64,000 bases of DNA from a virus: positions 92,236-156,235 of IMG/VR virus record IMGVR_UViG_3300044825_001871; one strand, 5' to 3'. Both the position numbers and the translations under genes were made by a program. Below the pieces are notes generated by a model. That model worked only from the letters and a program-made list of their open reading frames with translations. It did no database searches and was not told the origin of the DNA. Below are positions 36,554-45,950 of the stretch, in pieces. Each line of letters opens with the position of its first letter. Position 1 is the first letter of the stretch.

Positions 36554-36787
36554 ATGAAAATGAATCAAGAACTTAACGAACTTCAAACATTTACAATCGA
36601 ACAGTTTCAATCAAATTTTGACAATTTAATGGATAGAGTTGAAAATGGCGAATCGTTTATCATTACGAGTGAGCACGGAAACGCTGTTATAGTTCCGTAT
36701 AAAGAAGTGATAAGTATATGTAACGAAGCAAATGTGGATTTTGAAGAGATAGTTAAGATTCACACAGACCACGAAGAAGGGTCTTGA
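36554..36787 (+). CDS. Phd/YefM-like antitoxin-fold protein
   Basis: FTIEQFQSNFDNLMDRVENGESFIITSEHGNAVIVP matches the Phd/YefM N-terminal pattern. Confidence 0.6.
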   Translation: MKMNQELNELQTFTIEQFQSNFDNLMDRVENGESFIITSEHGNAVIVPYKEVISICNEANVDFEEIVKIHTDHEEGS

Positions 36788-36812
36788 CGAAGGGTTCCAA
36801 ATCTCCTATAAT
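36784..36812 (+). promoter_or_regulatory. Sigma70 promoter for tRNA-Ile and tRNA-Met
   Basis: TTGACG-N17-TATAAT. Confidence 0.7.
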
Positions 36813-36825
36813 GATTTGGTCTTAA

Positions 36826-36897
36826 GGGGGTGTCGCATAAAGGTCAATGCGCTCTGCTTATAACGGAGTCATCCTGGTTCAAGTCCAGGCATCCCTA
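36826..36897 (+). tRNA. tRNA-Ile(UAU)
   Basis: GGGGGTG/CATCCCT; CTCTG-CTTATAA-CGGAG; CCTGG-TTCAAGT-CCAGG. Confidence 0.85.
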
Positions 36898-36901
36898 CTT
36901 T

Positions 36902-36974
36902 GCTGGTTTAGCTCTCTGGAGAAAGCACTGCCCTCATAAGGCAAGACAGGTCGGTTCGATCCCGACAACCAGCA
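36902..36974 (+). tRNA. tRNA-Met(CAU) (or Ile2)
   Basis: GCTGGTT/AACCAGC; loop CTCATAA; GTCGG-TTCGATC-CCGAC. Confidence 0.85.
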
Positions 36975-37050
36975 TAGGACAGAAACTCTACTGTCCGTCT
37001 TGACTTCTCTAAGTCAACCCCTTATAATACTAAGGTCAACATTCAAAACA

Positions 37051-37266
37051 ATGACTCTCACAGCAAAATTCAAGAAAGACGTTCAAACCCTTCGTGGCGC
37101 GGCAAATGGCGATTTCTACCTTGATGTAAAGAATCCGAAACTCTACAAAAAGGTTCGCCGCTACTACGAAAACGAAGGTGTAGTATTTTCTGGTGATCCT
37201 TTGGATGATTATGAAATGCTTATGGAATATGTTCTTGCTGATCTGGAATCTGTTGAGGTAGCATGA
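37051..37266 (+). CDS. Conserved cyanophage hypothetical protein
   Basis: LDVKNPKLYKKVRRYYE; promoter TTGACT-N17-TATAAT at 37000-37028. Confidence 0.7.
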   Translation: MTLTAKFKKDVQTLRGAANGDFYLDVKNPKLYKKVRRYYENEGVVFSGDPLDDYEMLMEYVLADLESVEVA

Positions 37267-37505
37267 AAACCAAAGTTCTTTTGGAACGAGAAGGATATCG
37301 CTTTATAGAAGCAGGTATTATTGAAATCAACGGTAAACCTGATTATCGTATGCAAAAACAAAACGAATATACTAAACGTTGGAATGACATTTATCTTTTT
37401 GATAATGGTTTACAATGTACTACTGCTATGGAAGACATTGACTATGCGCGTTGGTTAGATCCAGATAGAGTTCCATGTTATATTGCAGACGATGAGGATG
37501 ATTAA
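37263..37505 (+). CDS. Hypothetical protein
   Basis: ATGA overlap; NGKPDYRMQ...IYLFDN. Confidence 0.7.
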   Translation: MKTKVLLEREGYRFIEAGIIEINGKPDYRMQKQNEYTKRWNDIYLFDNGLQCTTAMEDIDYARWLDPDRVPCYIADDEDD

Positions 37506-37508
37506 ATA

Positions 37509-37907
37509 GTCACGGATGGACTTTAACAGCACTGGTCGGGAGCAAAACCTCTTATGTCTAAATCTGATTTACTTCGGTGGATTGGAAATATTCTTCTCAT
37601 AATCGGTTATCAAACTATGTTATGGGGAGATTTTAAATATGGTTTAATAATAAAAGTTATTGGAGGACTACTCACAGTACCTTTCGCTATTAAACTTAAA
37701 CTTTGGGATGTACTATTTCTATGTGCATTTTTTGGTATCTCCGAAATATCAAAATTAACCCAACTTTTCTTAGTTTCTTAAAACTAAGTGGTGGAGTCAA
37801 AATGACCCTATTATGAGTTTACGTCATCTCTCAAATGCCGTTGGTGCGGATGGGACTCTCTCCCGCCTGGTTTCCAATTTCCAGTCAAAGAATTGGTGGC
37901 GAGCCTG
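37509..37907 (+). ncRNA. Repeated-pseudoknot structured RNA, manA/wcaG-like cyanophage motif, split by an ORF
   Basis: Repeated stem units each followed by TGGYG; upstream of an NAD-dependent epimerase; family name recalled from memory and needs an Rfam check. Confidence 0.6.
37554..37781 (+). CDS. Small multi-pass membrane protein
   Basis: 75 aa with three hydrophobic stretches. Confidence 0.6.
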   Translation: MSKSDLLRWIGNILLIIGYQTMLWGDFKYGLIIKVIGGLLTVPFAIKLKLWDVLFLCAFFGISEISKLTQLFLVS

Positions 37908-37916
37908 AATTACTGA

Positions 37917-37943
37917 GGTGGGTTGCATAAACCCACCTTTTTT
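37917..37943 (+). terminator. Rho-independent terminator
   Basis: AGGTGGGTT-gcata-AACCCACCT followed by a T-tract. Confidence 0.8.
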
Positions 37944-37976
37944 AGTATACTATATACAAAGAGTTTAATTTAATCT

Positions 37977-39029
37977 ATGAGCGATTATAAGAAGACAGCA
38001 CTTGTTTTTGGTGCTGGTGGCTTTATTGGAAGTCATATGGTAAAGAGACTGAGAGCAGAGGGATACTGGGTACGTGGTGTAGATTTGAAGCGACCAGAGT
38101 TCTCTGAAACCGAAGCACATGAGTTTATTCAGGGTGACCTAAGAGATGCTGCTTTCGTAGAAAAAGTTGTTCAATTTAAAGGATATCTTGGGAACTTTTA
38201 TCATTTTGTAGCATCAAAATATATTGACACTTTTGATGAAGTTTATCAATTTGCTGCCGATATGGGTGGAGCAGGTTTCGTTTTTACTGGCGAAAACGAT
38301 GCGGATATCATGCATAATTCTGCCACCATTAATCTTAATTTTCTTGAGGCACAACGTAAACTCAATGATTTTAGGGGAGTGAATAAAACCAGAATTTTTT
38401 ATTCTAGTTCTGCCTGCATGTATCCAGAGCACAATCAACTTGACCCAGATAATCCCGATTGTCGTGAAGAGTCGGCATATCCAGCTAACCCAGATTCTGA
38501 ATATGGATGGGAAAAACTCTTCTCAGAGCGACTGTACTTTGCTTATCATCGCAATTATGGCATTCCAGTTAGGGTTGCTCGCTACCACAATATTTTCGGT
38601 CCCGAAGGAACCTGGGAAGGTGGAAGAGAGAAAGCACCTGCAGCAATCTGCCGTAAAGTAGCTTCTTTACCTCAAGAGGGTGGCACTATTGAAGTGTGGG
38701 GAGATGGTAAACAGACCCGCTCATTCCTTTATATTGATGAATGTATCGAAGCAACTAGGCGTCTGATGGATGGCGATTTTATTGGACCTGTTAATATTGG
38801 TTCAGAAGAAATGGTCACTATCAATCAACTTGTAGATACTGCCGCAAAAGTTTCTTCTAAGAATGTGAATAAAGAATATAATCTAGATGCTCCTACTGGA
38901 GTTCGTGGAAGAAACTCAAATAATGATCTTATTCGCGAAAAACTTGGTTGGGATTATTCTCAGAGTTTGGAAGAAGGGATTTCCAAGACATATGAATGGA
39001 TTAATTCTCAAGTTAATACGATTGATTGA
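37977..39029 (+). CDS. GDP-mannose 3,5-epimerase-like NAD-dependent epimerase
   Basis: GAGGFIG, FAADMGGAGF, SSACMYP, YGWEK, GGREKAPAAICRK. Confidence 0.88.
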   Translation: MSDYKKTALVFGAGGFIGSHMVKRLRAEGYWVRGVDLKRPEFSETEAHEFIQGDLRDAAFVEKVVQFKGYLGNFYHFVASKYIDTFDEVYQFAADMGGAGFVFTGENDADIMHNSATINLNFLEAQRKLNDFRGVNKTRIFYSSSACMYPEHNQLDPDNPDCREESAYPANPDSEYGWEKLFSERLYFAYHRNYGIPVRVARYHNIFGPEGTWEGGREKAPAAICRKVASLPQEGGTIEVWGDGKQTRSFLYIDECIEATRRLMDGDFIGPVNIGSEEMVTINQLVDTAAKVSSKNVNKEYNLDAPTGVRGRNSNNDLIREKLGWDYSQSLEEGISKTYEWINSQVNTID

Positions 39030-39043
39030 TTTTTCTTTTGAAT

Positions 39044-39967
39044 ATGAAAAAAATTTATTTGGTGAATACACCTGATTATCCTACTAAAGGAACTCATTAC
39101 TTAATGAGTATGAAATTTGTTAATGGATTTTCTTTATATGGGTTAGAAACATATACTTTAGACACATTTGATGGGGTAGAAGATTCTGATGAACAGATTT
39201 TCTTAGTGTGTGATAATTTTTACGACCAAAGAAAATCTGATTGGATGGATGACTTTGATTATTTGTCCAAAAAATTTGAAAAGACTACCTGGATTTTTTG
39301 GACATTTCATAATGTTCTAAACAATCATTACCGAGATAGATTGTTCCCGTTCAAGAAATATATTTTTACGGGCGAATATTATAGGAAACCTGATTTTTCA
39401 TACTTTGGTGAGCACTTCCGTGAATATGTGAATCATCCAAACTATGTTGCTCTTCCCTTTGCTGCTAGCATAAATCCAATCGATTTGGATACTATCCTAT
39501 CTTTTAGAAATGATGTATACGATTGTGGATTCTCTGGTTGTAGGTATAAAGAGGAATGGTCTAGGAAACTCTCAGAAAAATACAATTGCTACATTCATTA
39601 TTGGCCTCCATTTTTGGAAGAAAGTGAGCGAATTAGTAAGGCATTTTTAACTTCCAAAATATGCCTAGGATTTAATTCTGATGATAATATCAGAAATGGA
39701 CTGCCAACAGAGAGGGTTTTTGAGGGAATTGCCTATGGTTGTGTTGTTTTAACTGACTGTGAGATGGCTGTAGAAGCAACAGATGGAGTTGCTGTTTATG
39801 TTTCTGATTATGATGACCTTCAAGAAAAGGTTGAATTCTATTTGACTAATGAGGATGCTAGAAAGGAAAAGCAAAAATTAGGATATGAATTTGCAAAAAA
39901 TAAAGGTACGTATTATAATGTCGTAAAGGATTTCTTAAATTCAATTCAAAAACTACATGGAAATTGA
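39044..39967 (+). CDS. Glycosyltransferase (GT-B, Glyco_trans_1_2-like)
   Basis: SKICLGF...TERVFEGIAYGCVVLTD. Confidence 0.7.
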   Translation: MKKIYLVNTPDYPTKGTHYLMSMKFVNGFSLYGLETYTLDTFDGVEDSDEQIFLVCDNFYDQRKSDWMDDFDYLSKKFEKTTWIFWTFHNVLNNHYRDRLFPFKKYIFTGEYYRKPDFSYFGEHFREYVNHPNYVALPFAASINPIDLDTILSFRNDVYDCGFSGCRYKEEWSRKLSEKYNCYIHYWPPFLEESERISKAFLTSKICLGFNSDDNIRNGLPTERVFEGIAYGCVVLTDCEMAVEATDGVAVYVSDYDDLQEKVEFYLTNEDARKEKQKLGYEFAKNKGTYYNVVKDFLNSIQKLHGN

Positions 39968-39969
39968 AA

Positions 39970-40710
39970 ATGAATAGAATTAATAATTTTAATGAACTTG
40001 AACTTAAAGTAGTAAGTTGGTTAAAGGATTATACTATTGAGTATAATATAAAATCTCTTGTCATTGGTGTTTCTGGTGGTATTGATTCTGCAGTCTCTTC
40101 AACCATTGCTGCTAAAACAGGACTTCCTGTTTATGCTATTGGTATGCCAATCCTTCAAAAAGAAGAACAAAAAAATCTTTCAGAAGTTCATCTGAATTGG
40201 CTTAAAGAAAATTTTGATAATGTAAATGTTTTACGTTACGATCTTACTGATGTTTTTAATGTCTTTAAGAAAACCATGAACGGTTATGGCGAGAGTTCTC
40301 ATGCTCTTGCTAATAGTCGCTCACGTCTCCGTATGGTAACACTTTACCAAGTGGCAACAACCGTTGGTGGTATTGTTGTTGGTACTGGAAATAAAGTTGA
40401 AGATTATGGAGTTGGTTTCTATACTAAGTATGGTGATGGTGGAGTTGATATTGCTCCTATTGCTGACCTATACAAAACCGAAGTATGGGAACTTGGAAAA
40501 CATTTTGGTATCGATGAACGTATTATTAATGCCGCTCCTACAGATGGTTTATGGGATGATGGAAGAACCGATGAAGACCAAATCGGGTGTTCTTATGAAG
40601 TTCTGGAGGAGGCCATGGAACTTGGAACTGGTCCTGGAGTAGATATTCTTAATAAATTTAATAAACAAAATCAACATAAAATGCAACCCATTCCTACTTT
40701 TAAACTATGA
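39970..40710 (+). CDS. nadE: NH3-dependent NAD+ synthetase
   Basis: PP-loop GVSGGIDS, ANSRSRLRM, GTGNKVE, GFYTKYGDG, PTDGLW. Confidence 0.9.
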   Translation: MNRINNFNELELKVVSWLKDYTIEYNIKSLVIGVSGGIDSAVSSTIAAKTGLPVYAIGMPILQKEEQKNLSEVHLNWLKENFDNVNVLRYDLTDVFNVFKKTMNGYGESSHALANSRSRLRMVTLYQVATTVGGIVVGTGNKVEDYGVGFYTKYGDGGVDIAPIADLYKTEVWELGKHFGIDERIINAAPTDGLWDDGRTDEDQIGCSYEVLEEAMELGTGPGVDILNKFNKQNQHKMQPIPTFKL

Positions 40711-41870
40711 AGATTGGAGTAATCGGAGCTGGGAGACTTGGCATTTGCTTTGCTCTCCTTTGCGAACAGTCTGGATATGAAGTTCTTGTCTCTGATGTTA
40801 GAGAAGACTACGTTGAAAGTCTTAATCAAAGAGAAATTGTCACTAATGAACCTGAAGTTCAAAGTCTTTTAAAAGTTGCTAAAAACTTTAGAGCAACTTC
40901 AGATAATAGAGAAGTTATCAGAGAGTGTGATTTAATTTACACTCTCGTTGCTACGCCATCTTTGGAAGATGGTTCCTATGACGTTTCCTCTGTCTGGAGT
41001 GTTGTTGATGACTTTAATCGAGAACAATTAACTAGGAAAAAATATTTTGTAGTTGGGTGTACAGTAAATCCTGGCGATTGCGATAATTTCCGCAAACAAC
41101 TTCCTAATAATGTAAAGGTTTTTTATAACCCTGAGTTTATTGCTCAAGGTTCGATTGTAAATGACCTTCGTAATGCTGATATGGTTCTACTTGGTACAGA
41201 TTCTAGTAATGGTTCTGATGATAAAACCATTACTGATATTAGAACTTTGTATCAAAAAATTCAAACTACGCGAGCAATTATATGTACTATGTCAACTACC
41301 GCAGCAGAAATTACTAAAATTGCTGTTAATTGTTTCCTGACCACAAAAATTAGTTACGCAAACATGTTAGGTGATGTCCTTCATCTAGCAGATTGTGGTG
41401 ATGAAGTTGTAAGTGTTCTTAATGCTATAGGAACTGATAGTAGAATTGGTAGAAAGTATCTCAATTATGGATTGGGTTATGGTGGACCTTGCTTACCTAG
41501 AGACAACAGGGCTTTTGCTGCATTTGCAAATAGTGTTGGTTTAGACTATAATCTAGGTACAGTCACCGACAAAATAAACGAACAACATGCTAAGTTTGTT
41601 TGTGATTTTTATCTAAAAATGAATAAAGATAATAAACCATTCTATTTTGATTACATTACCTATAAGAAGGGAACTGATATCTTAACTGAAAGTCAACAGT
41701 ATAGACTTTGCCTTGATTTGTTAAATAGTGGTTGTTCAGTCTATATTCATAATGATAAAAGAATTTTTAATGAAGTTTATGATTATTTGACTGAAAAGTA
41801 CGAAGACAGAGTAAAATTTGTCGATGATAAAAATAACATTACAGAACCAATATTTATTGTAAATCTATGA
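40707..41870 (+). CDS. UDP-glucose/GDP-mannose 6-dehydrogenase
   Basis: GAGRLG, YNPEF, AEITKIAVN, GYGGPCLPRD. Confidence 0.88.
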   Translation: MKIGVIGAGRLGICFALLCEQSGYEVLVSDVREDYVESLNQREIVTNEPEVQSLLKVAKNFRATSDNREVIRECDLIYTLVATPSLEDGSYDVSSVWSVVDDFNREQLTRKKYFVVGCTVNPGDCDNFRKQLPNNVKVFYNPEFIAQGSIVNDLRNADMVLLGTDSSNGSDDKTITDIRTLYQKIQTTRAIICTMSTTAAEITKIAVNCFLTTKISYANMLGDVLHLADCGDEVVSVLNAIGTDSRIGRKYLNYGLGYGGPCLPRDNRAFAAFANSVGLDYNLGTVTDKINEQHAKFVCDFYLKMNKDNKPFYFDYITYKKGTDILTESQQYRLCLDLLNSGCSVYIHNDKRIFNEVYDYLTEKYEDRVKFVDDKNNITEPIFIVNL

Positions 41871-42778
41871 TTGGGTACGATAGACTAGGAACAAATGGAA
41901 GATTTGGTAATCAACTGTTCCAATATGCTGCTTTAAGAGGTATTGCCGCTAATCGTGGATTCGATTGGTGTATACCGCCAGATGAACATCAGACATTAGC
42001 TAACTATGGAATTCATCATCCATTCAAGTTGACTAATCTAAAAGATAATAACATTGGATTTATTAATCCTAATGTTTCTCCTAGAAACTGTTATAGTTTT
42101 GAACACCTTTGTGCCAGTAATCCTGATACAAAAAACGTAACAGAAAATTCATTTTTATTTGATGAAGAACTATTCAATAATATTGAAGATGGTTCAAACC
42201 TTGATGGATATCTTCAGTCTGAGAAATACTTTAAGAATGTGGAAGATGAACTCCGTGAAGACTTTGAATTTATTGATGAAATTCTAAATCCATGTAAGGA
42301 ATTTATTTCTTCTGTTGGTGAAGTTATTTTTCTTCATGTTAGAAGAGGTGATAATATTGGTAGAGAAGATTATCACCCTGTGTTGAGTTTTGAATATTAC
42401 AAAAAAGCACTTGAACATTTTGATTCTGGTGTCAATGTTCTTGTATGTTCTGATGATATTGAATGGTGTAAGGAGCAAGAATTTTTTAATGATGATAGAT
42501 TTTTAATGAATGATACCGTTGAGAAATATTCACATCAGTGTCAAGAAGGAGATGGTCAGTTTAGAAATTCTCTAGTTCCATATACTGATTTGTGTCTTAT
42601 GTCTCTATGTAATGGGGCAATTCTTTCTCCAAGCACTCTTGGTTGGTGGGGTGCGTGGTTACAAAAATCTAATGACAAAAAAATTGTTGTGCCACAAAAT
42701 TGGTTTGGACCCAAATTGTCCATGAATGATACCTCCGACTTAATACCTGAAGAGTGGATTATTCTAGATGAAAATTGA
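41867..42778 (+). CDS. Alpha-1,2-fucosyltransferase family (GT11)
   Basis: GRFGNQLFQYA, GYLQSEKYF, HVRRGD, STLGWWGAWL. Confidence 0.88.
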   Translation: MIGYDRLGTNGRFGNQLFQYAALRGIAANRGFDWCIPPDEHQTLANYGIHHPFKLTNLKDNNIGFINPNVSPRNCYSFEHLCASNPDTKNVTENSFLFDEELFNNIEDGSNLDGYLQSEKYFKNVEDELREDFEFIDEILNPCKEFISSVGEVIFLHVRRGDNIGREDYHPVLSFEYYKKALEHFDSGVNVLVCSDDIEWCKEQEFFNDDRFLMNDTVEKYSHQCQEGDGQFRNSLVPYTDLCLMSLCNGAILSPSTLGWWGAWLQKSNDKKIVVPQNWFGPKLSMNDTSDLIPEEWIILDEN

Positions 42779-43580
42779 TTTAAGTAATTGTACTTTTATT
42801 ATTCCTATTCAAATAGAAAGTGACGACAGGTTGAGGAACGTCATTACCTCAACTTGTTTTTTATTATCGAACTTTGATACTAAAATCATAATAAAAGAAC
42901 TTGATAGAGAATCTGTTTTTGCTGAAAAAGCTTTGCCGCAGATAGAGGAATTTTGTGGAGATGTATCGAATCTAACTCATATTTTTGAAAAGTCTACCTC
43001 AGATTCCTTTCACAGACAGAAAGTTCTGAATGATATGATACTGGAATCTTCAACTAAAGTTGTCGTTAACTATGATTGTGATATCATACTCCCGATAGAG
43101 AGTTATGTTAAATCCTATCAAGCCATAGTTGATGATGAATTAGATGTAGTTTATCCTTATGGTGACGGTGATTATCAAGTTCAAGTATTTGCTGATGATG
43201 AAATAGTCACAGATTTTTTGGTTAATGATTTTAATTTTAAATACTTAGAGGAAAAATCAAAAATTCATGATGCTAAGTATGGATTTTGTCAGTTCTTCAA
43301 TCGCAAAGTCTATATTGATGGTGGAATGGAAAATGAAAACTTCGTTGCTTATGCTCCTGAAGATGTTGAAAGATATTATAGGTATGTCACTTTAGGATAT
43401 AGAGTTGGGAGATTGCCATCTTTTGTGTACCACTTAGAGCATAAAAGAACTCATAATTCTTGGTTTAATAATCCAATGATGGATTCTAATTCTTCTGAAT
43501 GGGAGAAGATTAAGACTATGAATAAATCTGAACTTATTGAATATTACAAAAATCAAGAATATTTGAAAAAAAGAAAATGA
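42768..43580 (+). CDS. Glycosyltransferase (GT2/GT7-like)
   Basis: DRLRN, NYDCD (DxD), GGMENENFVAYAPED. Confidence 0.75.
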   Translation: MKIDLSNCTFIIPIQIESDDRLRNVITSTCFLLSNFDTKIIIKELDRESVFAEKALPQIEEFCGDVSNLTHIFEKSTSDSFHRQKVLNDMILESSTKVVVNYDCDIILPIESYVKSYQAIVDDELDVVYPYGDGDYQVQVFADDEIVTDFLVNDFNFKYLEEKSKIHDAKYGFCQFFNRKVYIDGGMENENFVAYAPEDVERYYRYVTLGYRVGRLPSFVYHLEHKRTHNSWFNNPMMDSNSSEWEKIKTMNKSELIEYYKNQEYLKKRK

Positions 43581-44326
43581 AACTTTTTTATATAAACTAC
43601 TCCGATATAAACTATCGCGAGCATCAAGAAAATCTTATCTCACATGTTGTTTCAAATAGTATCTTCGATGCTGTAATACCATTTTCTAGAGAGTGGTTAG
43701 AAACTACTGATTTTTATTTAAGAAATAAAAAAATATTAGATAAGGATAGGTTGTCTGGATATGCTTTGTGGAAACCTTATATTATCCTCGAAGCGTTTAA
43801 CCTTATTGGGGAAGGAGATGTAATAGTTTATATGGACTGTGGTGACGTTCCTTATCCGGGAATAAAGGAATGTATCCTTGATTATATGAGAGATAATGAC
43901 CAGTATTTTGTGTCTCAAAATCACACTGGAGTGAACAAGTGGTTTACTAAGAGGGATTGTTTCTACTACATGAATTGTGATGAGGAACGATATTGGAATT
44001 CCATACAACTAGAAGATGGATTTATGGCATTTAAAAAAACAGACTTCAATGTTAAATTGTTAGAAGAGTTTATTCATTATTGCTCTGATGAAAGAATCGT
44101 AACTGATATTCCAAATCAATGTGGCCTAGATAATTTTGAAGGATTTCAGGACCATAGGCATGACCAAAGTGTGATAACTAATCTACAGTTAAAGTACAAT
44201 CTCCCTTGTGTAATGGGACATACTGGAGTGAGAAATTTTATTCAATGGAATGTTTTAGAGCATAAAGATGGAGTTGAATATTCAAATGGTGTTTATGAGT
44301 GGGGTGAGGACGGATGCATAGTATAG
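43577..44326 (+). CDS. Putative glycosyltransferase (GT-A-like)
   Basis: GYALWKPYII, YMDCG, DHRHDQS. Confidence 0.6.
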   Translation: MKLFYINYSDINYREHQENLISHVVSNSIFDAVIPFSREWLETTDFYLRNKKILDKDRLSGYALWKPYIILEAFNLIGEGDVIVYMDCGDVPYPGIKECILDYMRDNDQYFVSQNHTGVNKWFTKRDCFYYMNCDEERYWNSIQLEDGFMAFKKTDFNVKLLEEFIHYCSDERIVTDIPNQCGLDNFEGFQDHRHDQSVITNLQLKYNLPCVMGHTGVRNFIQWNVLEHKDGVEYSNGVYEWGEDGCIV

Positions 44327-45144
44327 TCTTAACGGTTCATAATAAGGATTGGTTGCTACCTAAAGTTCTAAAGGGAATTGTTGATAACACGGTCTCTCCA
44401 TATGAATTGGTAATAGTTCTTGATGGGTGTACCGATTCTTCAGAGCAAATAGTAGATAATTTTGTAAAAAGTACTCCAGATGTAAAGGTAAAGATTGTAC
44501 ATACTCCAGATGTATTTGAGACCAAAGCAAACAATGCTGGACTACGTGAATGTGAAGGAGATAAGGTTATTATCGTTCAGGATGATATGGTCATTAAAGA
44601 GACTGGTTGGAATGATAGACTTGAGAAACCTTTCGACGAATTTATAGATGTCTTTGCGGTTACATCACGTTCCGCTTTTAATTATAGATTTAATCAAAAC
44701 AGTGTTCATATTAATTTGTCAGAAGAAGAAGATTTGAGTATTGATAATTGCTGGAGTGATATATTTGGATATGAGTCTCATATTAATAGGGATGAGGGGT
44801 TGAGTAGAAATATATTTGCTGTAAGGAATAATGTGTGCCGTGGTCCTTTAATGATAGACCATGCTGATATGATTAAGTTAAATTATTTTGATGAGGTCTT
44901 TGCTCCTCAAGATCAAGATGATGCTGATTTATGTTACAGAGCCTTTAAGGAACTGGGCAAAGTTGTTGGAGCATATTGGATTGATTATGAATCAGATAAT
45001 AGTTGGGGAAGTACTCGACCTGATGGCAGGAATCCAGCATCTTGGTTATTGAAGGCACATCACAAAAATACTAGAATAGTATTTGATAGGCATAAGGATA
45101 TTATTTTTCATGAAAACCATGACCAAAATAGGGTTCTCAAATGA
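44314..45144 (+). CDS. Glycosyltransferase family 2
   Basis: SIVLTVHN, VLDGCTDSS, IVQDD, DDADLCYR. Confidence 0.8.
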   Translation: MHSIVLTVHNKDWLLPKVLKGIVDNTVSPYELVIVLDGCTDSSEQIVDNFVKSTPDVKVKIVHTPDVFETKANNAGLRECEGDKVIIVQDDMVIKETGWNDRLEKPFDEFIDVFAVTSRSAFNYRFNQNSVHINLSEEEDLSIDNCWSDIFGYESHINRDEGLSRNIFAVRNNVCRGPLMIDHADMIKLNYFDEVFAPQDQDDADLCYRAFKELGKVVGAYWIDYESDNSWGSTRPDGRNPASWLLKAHHKNTRIVFDRHKDIIFHENHDQNRVLK

Positions 45145-45950
45145 ACTTAACTTATATCTTTCCGGTTCGTATTGAATCTGATGATAGACTAAGAAATATA
45201 ATAACTTCTATTTCTTATCTACTTTATCATTTTCCGAAGTCTAAAGTGTTGGTAAAGGAGGTTGATTCTGAATCTGTTTTTAAAAAACACGCTTTACCAA
45301 AAATTAAAGAGTTTGTTTCTGTTGATAATCTGAATCATATTTTTGAAAAAAGTGATGACCCGCTTTTTTATAAAACTAAAATTCTCAATGACCTAATACT
45401 TGAATCTGATACAGAAGTAATCGCAAGTCATGATGTTGATGTTGTATATCCAAAGCAAAGTCACCTTTTAGCATATGATATGATTTTAAATGGAAATGCT
45501 GATTTGGTGTATCCTTATGGATGTGGAGCCTTTCAGTTTCAAGTTAATTATTCTGACCAACTTTTTGAGTCTTTTACAAAAGATTATGATGTTAGTCAAC
45601 TCAATTTACATTCCAAGAAGCAAGCATCTAGCATAGGGTGGACGCAATTTTATTCTAGAAAGTCTGTGATAAATGCTGGATTGTGGAATGAAAATTTTGT
45701 CTCATGGGGAGAGGAAGATTCTGAATTCTATTTTAGGTTTAGTACTTTGGGTTATAATATTGAAAGAATAAACGACTATATCTATCACTTTGAGCATCAA
45801 CGAACTCATAACTCGCATTATCATAATCCTAAATATATCGATAATCATAATCTTTGGCAGTGGATAAGAACTCAAAGTAGAGAGCAATTGGTTTCTTATC
45901 TTACTTCTCAAGAATATTTGAAGCAGAGGTTAAAGAATGTTAGCATTTAA
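45141..45950 (+). CDS. Glycosyltransferase (GT2/GT7-like), paralog of 42768
   Basis: IESDDRLRN, HDVD, GLWNENFVSWGEED, RTHNS. Confidence 0.75.
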   Translation: MNLTYIFPVRIESDDRLRNIITSISYLLYHFPKSKVLVKEVDSESVFKKHALPKIKEFVSVDNLNHIFEKSDDPLFYKTKILNDLILESDTEVIASHDVDVVYPKQSHLLAYDMILNGNADLVYPYGCGAFQFQVNYSDQLFESFTKDYDVSQLNLHSKKQASSIGWTQFYSRKSVINAGLWNENFVSWGEEDSEFYFRFSTLGYNIERINDYIYHFEHQRTHNSHYHNPKYIDNHNLWQWIRTQSREQLVSYLTSQEYLKQRLKNVSI

